A DNA stretch of 32,000 nt from Promethearchaeum syntrophicum. GTDB taxonomy: Archaea; Asgardarchaeota; Lokiarchaeia; Sigyniarchaeales; Promethearchaeaceae. The DNA is taken from the NCBI RefSeq assembly GCF_008000775.2, contig NZ_CP042905.2, positions 3,450,001-3,482,000 on the forward strand. Direction: 5' to 3'. The notes under the pieces were generated by a model. The model was not told the origin of the DNA, did not search any database, and saw only the letters and a program-made list of their open reading frames with translations. This document shows, one piece after another, positions 1 through 7,413 of the stretch; position 1 is the stretch's first letter; each line of letters opens with the position of its first letter. The position numbers and the translations under genes are program-made.

Positions 1-1051
1 ACATTACAACTTCACGACATACAGTGGCAATATCTGAACCAGAATATCCTTCAGAAATTTCCCCTAATTCTTTGAAATCGACCGTTTCATCCATCTCGAC
101 TTCTTTAGTGCAAAGTTCAAAGATTTTAGTTCGCCCTTCCACAGTAGGAAGACCACAATATATCTTTTTTTCAAACCTCCGAAGAACAGCATTATCAATA
201 TCCCATGGAAGATTGGTTGCACCCATTAAAGTCACCAATTTGTCACTAGAACTTTTAACTCCTTGCATTTCCTGTAGAAATTGCGTTTTAATTCTTCGTT
301 CTCCCCCACCTTCATGACCTCCTCCTCTTTTTCCTGCAAGACTGTCAACTTCATCCATAAAAATTAAAGAAGGAGCGTCTAAACGAGCTACTTTGAATAA
401 TGTTTTTAGTAATTTTTCTGATTCACCTAACCATTTTGAAACTAAACTAGCAGAATCGGCAGCAAAAAATTGTACTCCACATTCATTTGCAGCCGCTTTT
501 GCTATCAAAGTTTTCCCGCAACCGGGTGGACCAAATAATAGTATACCACGCCAAGGTTTTCGTGCACCTCTGAAAAGTTCGGGATGAGACATTGGTAGAA
601 CTACCGCCTCTCTAATTGCTTGTTTTGGGTTCTCCATTCCTGCAACGTCACCCCATGTGATAGTTGGACGTTCAGTTATAATGGTTCCTTCAATAGTTTT
701 TCTTAATTCCTTCTCATCATCAGACATTTCTGCATCTTCTTCAGATTCTCCTGATTCTTCACCAGTTTTATCTTTCCTATTACTTTTATTGGGAACCCGA
801 CCAGAAGGAACTTTGAGTTTCTTATTTTTAAGTTGAGTTAGCATATCTGCACGTTTAAAGTACTGAAGGGCTTTTTCTTGAGCCAGTTTTTTCAATTTGG
901 TGTTTTTACAGAATTTAGCAAATTCATTGAGTGTCTCGGTGGCATTTAAATATTTATCAGCCGCTTCATCAAATTGTTTTTGCTTATCAAGTTCAATTGC
1001 TTCATTAGCTAGTTTTATCGCAGCATTAAAGATTTTGTTATCAGAACTCAT
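1..1051 (-). CDS. vps4: Vps4/CdvC-type AAA+ ATPase (MIT domain + AAA core). Partial: the C-terminal part lies beyond the left window edge, so it is absent from the ORF track.
   Basis: Own translation of the minus strand from ATG 1051-1049 gives MSSDNKIFNAAIKLANEAIELDKQKQFDEAADKYLNATETLNEFAKF... (MIT-like helices), then an acidic/Ser-rich linker, then ITWGDVAGMENPKQAIREAVVLPMSHPELF. Motifs present: Walker A GPPGCGKT, pore loop VSKWLGESEK, Walker B SLIFMDEVDS, LRRFEKKIY. It is colinear with eukaryotic VPS4 as I remember it. Plus-strand ORFs 24..317 and 393..587 are antisense shadows. Confidence 0.9.
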   Translation of the reverse strand, partial: MSSDNKIFNAAIKLANEAIELDKQKQFDEAADKYLNATETLNEFAKFCKNTKLKKLAQEKALQYFKRADMLTQLKNKKLKVPSGRVPNKSNRKDKTGEESGESEEDAEMSDDEKELRKTIEGTIITERPTITWGDVAGMENPKQAIREAVVLPMSHPELFRGARKPWRGILLFGPPGCGKTLIAKAAANECGVQFFAADSASLVSKWLGESEKLLKTLFKVARLDAPSLIFMDEVDSLAGKRGGGHEGGGERRIKTQFLQEMQGVKSSSDKLVTLMGATNLPWDIDNAVLRRFEKKIYCGLPTVEGRTKIFELCTKEVEMDETVDFKELGEISEGYSGSDIATVCREVVM

Positions 1052-1393
1052 TTCCAATAAAGAATAATCTTTACAAACTTTAATATTCTATTTATTTTTT
1101 AATCAATAAAAATCCCAATAAGAATGAATTAAGAATGATAATTTCAAAATTATTAAGTTTAACCTTCATGATCCTTTGCTTTGCATTGAAAAATTCATGA
1201 ATATCTGCATATTTTTAGCCTCGATTTCAGTTTTCTTAATATATTTAAGAGGTCATTGCCAATAAATATGAATCTACTCAATTCCAGTGTACGAACGCCA
1301 GAGAACGAATCAAATATACTTTAAAAAATAAAGTACTAAAAAATGCAAAGCTATTAATAGATTAAAGTTCTTAAAATAATAAAGGTTATAAAA

Positions 1394-2047
1394 ATGGATA
1401 AACATAATTTTACAGCTGAATCAGTTGATTTGAAAAAAATCGAAAAAAACGCATTTTTAATCTATTTTCAAGATGGAATTTGGGATATGTTGCTTGGATG
1501 GGTGCTTATTTCTTTTGGAATAGCGGCATTACTTTATGATATCCTTCCAATACCGCTGAACTCCTTATTCGGTATGATTTTATTCACCTTTGGTCTAATA
1601 ATGTATTTTCTGATAAAATTCCGAATTATAATGCCAAGAATCGGTTATGTTAAATTCTCTCCTAGCCGAAAAAAGAATACGTTAATTTTAGGAGTAGCAA
1701 TAACCTCCTTCCTCATTATAACAGTTGTGTTTTCAATTTTGGTATGGACCGGAGTAATAAGTTCAACTGTAACCCCTGGAACCAATATGGCTTTAGTCTT
1801 TGCACTGATACCGCTTATTATTTTTAGTGTATTGTCTTTTATCCTAAAATTTCCTAGAATGTTTTTAATTGGTGTCTTTTTTGCTTTAGCAATGTTCTTT
1901 ACGGAATATTGGAACCGTTCTGGAGAAGATCTATTAGGGTCTTTAGCTCAATTTTTCGCAGGAATTCCGGTTTTTTTATGGGGAATCGTGTATTTCATCA
2001 TATTTCTAAGAAAATATCCCCTCCCTGGTGAAGCAAATGACAACTAA
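1394..2047 (+). CDS. Multi-pass membrane protein of unknown function
   Basis: 217-aa ORF with AGGT about 9 nt upstream of the ATG. It has several long hydrophobic helices (GWVLISFGIAALLYDILPIPL, FGMILFTFGLIMYFLIKF, ILGVAITSFLIITVVFSILVW, LVFALIPLIIFSVLSFIL). No catalytic motif recognised. The 3' end overlaps the next gene. Confidence 0.6.
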   Translation: MDKHNFTAESVDLKKIEKNAFLIYFQDGIWDMLLGWVLISFGIAALLYDILPIPLNSLFGMILFTFGLIMYFLIKFRIIMPRIGYVKFSPSRKKNTLILGVAITSFLIITVVFSILVWTGVISSTVTPGTNMALVFALIPLIIFSVLSFILKFPRMFLIGVFFALAMFFTEYWNRSGEDLLGSLAQFFAGIPVFLWGIVYFIIFLRKYPLPGEANDN

Positions 2048-2363
2048 AAATTCAGATATTAAAGAGAAAATGGATAAAATCGGCGGTATTGATAAAATAA
2101 TTCATAGTACTGGTCGTTTGAAAATAATTTCATTGTTATATGGAATAGAAGAAGCAGATTTTGTTTTTATTCGAGGTCAAACAGGACTTACATGGGGCAA
2201 TCTTTCGGTTCAAGCTACAAAACTAGAAGAATCTGGATATATAAAAATTGAAAAAAAATATAAACGTAAAAAACCACTAACTATTGCTAGCTTAACCAAA
2301 GAGGGAAGGTTGGCTTTTGAAAAATATCGTAAACAAATGCAAGATGTGTTAAATCAAGATTAA
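2037..2363 (+). CDS. Small winged-helix DNA-binding regulator (HTH_34 / MarR-ArsR-like)
   Basis: GRLKIISLLYGIEEADFVFIRGQTGLTWGNLSVQATKLEESGYIKIEKKYKRKKPLTIASLTKEGRLAFEKYRKQM fits a helix-turn-helix plus beta-wing plus C-terminal helix pattern. The ORF opens at GTG 2028. ATG 2037 overlaps the upstream stop (2045-2047), suggesting coupling with the membrane protein gene. Confidence 0.6.
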   Translation: MTTKNSDIKEKMDKIGGIDKIIHSTGRLKIISLLYGIEEADFVFIRGQTGLTWGNLSVQATKLEESGYIKIEKKYKRKKPLTIASLTKEGRLAFEKYRKQMQDVLNQD

Positions 2364-2376
2364 ATTTATCAATGAA

Positions 2377-2387
2377 TTTTTTTTTTT
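2377..2387 (+). terminator. Oligo-T (T11) archaeal-type terminator candidate
   Basis: A run of 11 T starts 14 nt after the stop codon at 2361-2363. Archaeal RNA polymerase terminates at oligo-T tracts (established knowledge). Confidence is limited by the AT-rich background. Confidence 0.4.
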
Positions 2388-2438
2388 ATTTAATATATCC
2401 TTCCATAATAATTTATTCCATGACTCTAAATTGGATTT

Positions 2439-2822
2439 ATGAACAACATAGAAATTCCAAATATTGTATATATAGTAAAAAATTATATTGATGGTGTTTG
2501 TCAGCTCAATTTTGAATTAGTAAAACAAGCTTGGATAGAAGATGGACATAGGTGGATCATTGATTCTGAAACTGATTTACCCCACAAAATGTTGAGTCCA
2601 TCCCATAAGAAAGTAATTAAAACAGTGCCAACTACAATAGATGGAACCCAAACGGTTCAAATTCAAAGTATTGATTATTCAGGGAATGCTGCTATGGCAA
2701 AGATTGAATGGAAAATCAACTTCCCAGACTGGAAAGGGATTGAAATTAACTATTTACTCCTACTTAAGGGTAAAAATGGCTGGAAAATTGTAAGTAAAAA
2801 TGCGTTTCGTGAAAAATTGTAG
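2439..2822 (+). CDS. NTF2-like / SnoaL-like fold protein (putative lumazine-binding-type family)
   Basis: 127-aa ORF. The N-terminal IVKNYIDGVCQLNFELVKQAWIEDG and C-terminal AMAKIEWKI...YLLLLKGKNGWKIVSKNAF match the alpha+beta cone pattern of NTF2-like proteins. Assignment is by pattern only. Confidence 0.45.
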   Translation: MNNIEIPNIVYIVKNYIDGVCQLNFELVKQAWIEDGHRWIIDSETDLPHKMLSPSHKKVIKTVPTTIDGTQTVQIQSIDYSGNAAMAKIEWKINFPDWKGIEINYLLLLKGKNGWKIVSKNAFREKL

Positions 2823-2825
2823 AAT

Positions 2826-3155
2826 TCATAAACGTCGCGCCTTTTTAAGACGTGCTCTCCGGAGATCCCGTTCTTTTATCCATTTTTTTCCGCATTTAGA
2901 ACAATAAAGACCAAACAGAATTTGTTCTCCTTCGGAAAAAATCTTGGCACATTTCACACAAATACTCTTAAATTTATACCAATATACCAGTTTAACATCA
3001 ATTTGCATTTCTTTTTCTTTCTTTGGCCCACATTTAGAACAGTAAAGACCAGATAAAATTCTTTCGTTCTCACAAAAGGTCTCCCCACAACCTATGCAAA
3101 ATGATTTATTATATGTACTCCACTTAGGTTTCGCATTTTTTCTAAAAATTGTCAT
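2826..3155 (-). CDS. Double zinc-ribbon protein with a basic C-terminal tail
   Basis: Two internally repeated CxxC...CxxC units: CIGCGETFCENERILSGLYCSKCGPKK and CVKCAKIFSEGEQILFGLYCSKCGKKW. The tail is RDLRRARLKKARRL. Confidence 0.6.
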   Translation of the reverse strand: MTIFRKNAKPKWSTYNKSFCIGCGETFCENERILSGLYCSKCGPKKEKEMQIDVKLVYWYKFKSICVKCAKIFSEGEQILFGLYCSKCGKKWIKERDLRRARLKKARRL

Positions 3156-3227
3156 ATTTCCATATTCCTTCCGACCATAACATCAAATATAATAAAATAT
3201 AAATTAAGTAACATACATCGCCATTAA

Positions 3228-4016
3228 TTAAGTTGGATTATTTTGATCCTTATGTCGATATCTATTTAAGAATGGAATTTTAATTATTTCCTCATGATAT
3301 ATATGACCCGAATTCCTTCTATAATGAAATCCTGTCTGAATTACCCATATTATCGTAAAAATTACGCCTAACCATTCAAAATACCGTACACCATCTAGTT
3401 TAGGGTCCATGGATCCCATCATAATCACCCAATCATCTAATGTCAATTCCAATAAAGGATACATGTAAAATATTGTTCTGAAATACCATGGAAAAAAGAT
3501 AATTGAGATTACTAAAAGATTAGTTGTGCATATCCATTGGAAAGTCGAAATTTTTCCTTCAAGTTCCATTACGATAGTTAAAAGCAACGTCATTGATACT
3601 GTTGAAAAAAAGAATATTGCTGCGGAAATATCATGAATCAAAGCTGCTGCTTCCATGTCATAGAATAAAACAATCATGAATGAAATAAAGGATATTAAGG
3701 TAAAGATAAAACTACCAACAAATATTGTATTAGTTAGTTTAGATTCACTCCATAACCATAATTTTAAGGCGTAAACAAAAGGAATCATTAATGCAATTGT
3801 AATTCCTATTCCAATGCCAAAAACTATCCCAGATCCATGTGGACCGACACCTAAATTGCTTATATAATGGGTAAAAACACTAATAGGTTCACCTAACGAA
3901 TATAAAATGAATGATAGAATGAAAGTACATGTGCCAATAATTCCTGAAGCTAAAGCAAAGTATTCTGCAGGGATAATTTTAAATAACCCGGTAAAAAATT
4001 GATCAATGAGTCCCAC
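3228..4016 (-). CDS. Multi-pass membrane protein, DUF998/Frag1-like (ISxLG motif). The true N-terminus may lie upstream at 4172 (see findings).
   Basis: 262-aa ORF from GTG 4016 with about 6-7 hydrophobic helices. The motif HYISNLGVGPHGSGIVFGIGIGI resembles the ISxLG signature of DUF998-type proteins (from memory). No SD precedes the GTG. A stop-free in-frame extension reaches 4172. Confidence 0.6.
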   Translation of the reverse strand: MGLIDQFFTGLFKIIPAEYFALASGIIGTCTFILSFILYSLGEPISVFTHYISNLGVGPHGSGIVFGIGIGITIALMIPFVYALKLWLWSESKLTNTIFVGSFIFTLISFISFMIVLFYDMEAAALIHDISAAIFFFSTVSMTLLLTIVMELEGKISTFQWICTTNLLVISIIFFPWYFRTIFYMYPLLELTLDDWVIMMGSMDPKLDGVRYFEWLGVIFTIIWVIQTGFHYRRNSGHIYHEEIIKIPFLNRYRHKDQNNPT

Positions 4017-4441
4017 GATTGAGAGTTTTTCTACATTCTCATCAATTGGAACAGTAATAACCTCATTTTTGTTGGACTCATTTAAATCGCTCTTTTTCTC
4101 TTCTATATGATTTGTACGTTTGTTATTTTTACGAAAAAATTTTGGTTTATTTCGTTTAGTTTTTGTTTGAATTTAGTTTCACCAGAAACAATTTTTTTCT
4201 TTAATATCTTGATGGAAATAAACCATTTTAAATCCTCATTATTTAATTTGTCAGAAAATAGAATCTATTTTGTAATCTCTTTTGGAAAGATTCTATGTTT
4301 TTTATAAATAAGGCATGTTTTTATAAGCGCAATGATGGCGGAGAAATTTTCCACGATTCTTAAATACCCAAATAATTTTTAGTAATATAACAAAGAAAAT
4401 TTTTTTGTTAGTGTCTAAGTCCTATTGGGGGAGAATTAAAT

Positions 4442-4699
4442 TTGGCAATTCAAATGGAATCAATAATGAAAAATAATATAATGAACCGAAAAAAGAAGTT
4501 GGATAAATCTTCAGCTAAAATCAATAACCATTTTGTTTACAAGGAAAGTTTAAACTTTAATTTCTTGTATCACTTGTTTTCTCAAACGCTTGAGCATTTA
4601 TTTAATAATATTGAGAAAATTTCAGAAAAAGATTTTAATAAAAAAATGGAAATGCTTGATGAAACGGTTTCAAGACTTCAAAATTATGTAATCGAGTAG
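4442..4699 (+). CDS. Small helical hypothetical protein
   Basis: 85-aa ORF with a TTG start preceded by GGGGGAG (4427-4433) at 8-nt spacing. T-runs follow the stop. No recognisable domain. Confidence 0.35.
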   Translation: MAIQMESIMKNNIMNRKKKLDKSSAKINNHFVYKESLNFNFLYHLFSQTLEHLFNNIEKISEKDFNKKMEMLDETVSRLQNYVIE

Positions 4700-4749
4700 T
4701 AGGTATTTTTTCAATTTCTTTTTTTAGCTTCTTATTGTTCATTTTTTTT

Positions 4750-7293
4750 TCATATTGGAATTTTTAATTTTTCATCCTTAATTGGGGATTCTGTTATAAT
4801 TTCAGTATTAAAATATTTCTTTATCATCTCATGCAACGGGAAATCTAAAGGTTTTCCTTTGAATTCTTTGATTTTTTCTCCAAAATCAAACTGAATTTCA
4901 TCTTTAAGTTTTAAAATCCCTTTTTCTATCCATCTAGGATTATCTTTCATAAATAGAATTAACCAAAAAGGATTTCCATGAATTATATTTACATATCCTC
5001 CTTCAATTTCAATGGTTCTTAATCGAGAGCCAGTAATTTCTTTAATTAATGATAGAATTCCAATAAATGCTCCAGAAACTAATGCAGAGTCTGAATGTTT
5101 CATTTTATATGATATTTTTTCTGCGAGTGGAGCACCATTATCATGTAGAATCATCAAACCTAACAAGGATCTTTTTACTTTTTCTCTTGTAACAAAATAA
5201 CCTCCCACTATACTGCTAACTAAACCAATAAAAATAGGAAGTGTTATTAACCAAAAAATGGAATTTTTTACTTCAATTGCTTGATCTAGAGTCAAAATAC
5301 CAGTATAATATTCACTTATCACCTCAATAACAATATCATAACTACCTTCTTCAATATCTGAAGGTGTTTTCCAAGAAAATGATTCTTCTTGATTGATTCC
5401 TTCTAATATTTCATGATAAACCAAATCAACATTTGAACGTATTCCAGTATGAAAAACTCTAATTTGAATATCTACGGGTCTGAGTAAATAAGATTGATTT
5501 CCAATGTCTTTTAAATTTAATTCAAATTCAATGGTATTCCCGGGAGGTATTGTAGTTCTGCTCTTACTTAACTCCATTGTGACAATTCTTGGATTAATAA
5601 TAATCGGAACTTCAGAGTAAACTATTCCATAGTTTTCTTTTTCCGCTTGTATTGAAATTGAATAATTTCCGGGAAATATACTAAATTGACTTAAATCAAT
5701 AGAATGGGAGTAATTTCCTTTAGTATCCATATCCATTACACCAGAAAGATCCCCAAAATTATATGAGATTAATCCATCAGAAATTGGTAATTGAGAATGA
5801 AAATCTCTATAAAAACAAGAAAATGAAAAATTATCCAACGCATAACCATAGATTGGATCTGAAATTATTTCAGAAACCCTGTTTATGCTAATATTCCTTG
5901 AGTAATATCCAATTTCATTAGATCCATTGAAGAAAATCTCAACATTTAGGGAATTTGTATCAATAAGCGGATCTAAATGCCATTGAAAACTTTGATATGA
6001 AACATTGTAACTTGAATTTTGATAAACAAGTGTCTCATTATCCCATAGGAATAAATAGATGTCACCATTTCCTTTTGTAGAAACATTGACTGTAGTCGTT
6101 GTTCCAACTAGCAAAATATCTTTTAAATTAACAGAATCTATGTAATTTTCACTTATTAATAATATGTGTGTTGCTTCCGCTGTAAAGCTAATAACTTCTG
6201 GGGATATTGAAGAATATCCTACAATACTTGATTGATTATGAACTTCGATAAAAATGTAATCATCTTTAATTCCAGAAACATTAATTCTGTAATTTGAATA
6301 AGGGGAACTAAAATACCCAGAATTTATGGTCAAATTCCATTCAATTTCAATTAAATCTTGTTGAATTTGAGTATAGTATTGTATGGAACAATTTCTATAA
6401 AAAATACTTGCCAAAGAATAAAAAAAACTTATGGATTCATTTGAGTTAATAGTTAATATGGTGTTAGTTGAACTTATTTCATCAGTAATCCTTACAAACC
6501 CTTTTCCAATACCGGTGTTAAGAACTGGAATGCCATTTACATTCATTTCTACATCCTCAGGATTAATTATTTCAGAAGTTCTAACTTTCAAAGTTAAATC
6601 ATAGTTTGCAGGTTGCCAGCTTGTTGTAAACTCCCAAGTTTCTGTGTTATTATCTGAACTTTTTTCCCAAGAACTATCAGCCGGTAGAATTTTTTCAATC
6701 CAGAGAAAATAAGTCCCAGGAGTTAGAATTATATGTTCAGAAAATGTGATATTTATCCATACACCGCTATCACTTGCTCCTGAAATGAATAATGGAGTAA
6801 AAGCATAAATTAATTCACCACTATAAGAATTATTTCTAATTTCCATATGAGGATAAATTTCAGCCTTTGTATATAATGATATTGAAAATCCAATCAAATT
6901 TACAGTTTTACCAATAATAAAGGATTGAGCTTGTTGGTTTCGAGAATAGGTCAAAGGAGCATCTTCAATAATATCTAATGTTTCATTTATAACATTGAAA
7001 GCAATATCAGCACTAAACGAATCATATTCAATAGGTGTTTCAAAAGACAATTCTTCTGAATTCGGTTCAACATTGGAATAACTTCGATTTATCGTTTCGG
7101 ATGAGTTGAATTGAATTATTGATGATGGAAGGTCTTGTGATTTTGGAGTAAAAAAATTATTTTGAGAAAGGTTTTCTTCATCAAATTTGGACTGATTTTT
7201 AAAAAAAAATTTAGAATTTTCAAAATTTTTTGGATAAAGTAATGGTAACAATCCAATAATTATTATTAAGAAAGCAATTTTTTTTTTTTGGAT
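4750..7293 (-). CDS. Type-I membrane, glycoprotein-like receptor candidate: signal peptide, beta-rich ectodomain, 1 TM, cytoplasmic Roadblock/longin-like tail (paralogue 1)
   Basis: The canonical-start ORF is 4750..7251 (TTG, 833 aa). Alignment to paralogue 2 places the start at codon 7293-7291, which is ATC here, preceded by GAGGT at 7-nt spacing. TM helix IFWLITLPIFIGLVSSIVGGYFV lies at 5191-5259 and is followed by TREKVKRS. The 146-aa tail occupies 4753-5190. I counted about 23 N-x-S/T sequons by eye in the ectodomain. Confidence 0.8.
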   Translation of the reverse strand: MQKKKIAFLIIIIGLLPLLYPKNFENSKFFFKNQSKFDEENLSQNNFFTPKSQDLPSSIIQFNSSETINRSYSNVEPNSEELSFETPIEYDSFSADIAFNVINETLDIIEDAPLTYSRNQQAQSFIIGKTVNLIGFSISLYTKAEIYPHMEIRNNSYSGELIYAFTPLFISGASDSGVWINITFSEHIILTPGTYFLWIEKILPADSSWEKSSDNNTETWEFTTSWQPANYDLTLKVRTSEIINPEDVEMNVNGIPVLNTGIGKGFVRITDEISSTNTILTINSNESISFFYSLASIFYRNCSIQYYTQIQQDLIEIEWNLTINSGYFSSPYSNYRINVSGIKDDYIFIEVHNQSSIVGYSSISPEVISFTAEATHILLISENYIDSVNLKDILLVGTTTTVNVSTKGNGDIYLFLWDNETLVYQNSSYNVSYQSFQWHLDPLIDTNSLNVEIFFNGSNEIGYYSRNISINRVSEIISDPIYGYALDNFSFSCFYRDFHSQLPISDGLISYNFGDLSGVMDMDTKGNYSHSIDLSQFSIFPGNYSISIQAEKENYGIVYSEVPIIINPRIVTMELSKSRTTIPPGNTIEFELNLKDIGNQSYLLRPVDIQIRVFHTGIRSNVDLVYHEILEGINQEESFSWKTPSDIEEGSYDIVIEVISEYYTGILTLDQAIEVKNSIFWLITLPIFIGLVSSIVGGYFVTREKVKRSLLGLMILHDNGAPLAEKISYKMKHSDSALVSGAFIGILSLIKEITGSRLRTIEIEGGYVNIIHGNPFWLILFMKDNPRWIEKGILKLKDEIQFDFGEKIKEFKGKPLDFPLHEMIKKYFNTEIITESPIKDEKLKIPI

Positions 7294-7339
7294 GAAAATT
7301 ACCTCTATTGTATTATTTATTATAATAATGCAAAATAAG

Positions 7340-7360
7340 GTAAAAAAGTTGCTTTTTTGT
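7340..7360 (-). promoter_or_regulatory. Conserved intergenic 20/21-mer upstream of paralogue 1 (copy A)
   Basis: Plus strand reads gtaaaaaagttgcttttttgt, minus strand ACAAAAAAGCAACTTTTTTAC. It is almost identical to 10006-10025 and sits at the same distance (about 47-67 nt) from the aligned start codon. It contains the short inverted repeat AAAAAG-CAA-CTTTTT. Confidence 0.5.
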
Positions 7361-7366
7361 ATGTTT

Positions 7367-7377
7367 AAAAAAAAAAA
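7367..7377 (-). terminator. Oligo-T (T11 on minus strand) terminator candidate after paralogue 2
   Basis: An A11 run on the plus strand lies 37-47 nt downstream (in the minus sense) of the stop at 7414-7416. Confidence 0.4.
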
Positions 7378-7413
7378 TTCTGGATTATTTATTCATCAGT
7401 GGGAATTAAAAAT

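Noticed and set aside
24-587. Plus-strand ORFs 24..317 and 393..587
   Set aside because: They lie antisense to a clear Vps4 reading frame whose translation carries Walker A/B and pore-loop motifs. Their own products are low-complexity with no motifs.
4107-4307. 66-aa plus-strand ORF in the 4017-4441 spacer
   Set aside because: It is Phe/Ile-rich and low-complexity, has no SD, and partly lies antisense to the stop-free extension of the 3228..4016 gene. This is typical of a spurious ORF in AT-rich DNA.
4327-4345. Possible C/D-box sRNA (aatgatgg resembles a C box)
   Set aside because: The box is imperfect (TGATGG, not TGATGA). There is no CUGA D box or terminal stem within a suitable distance.
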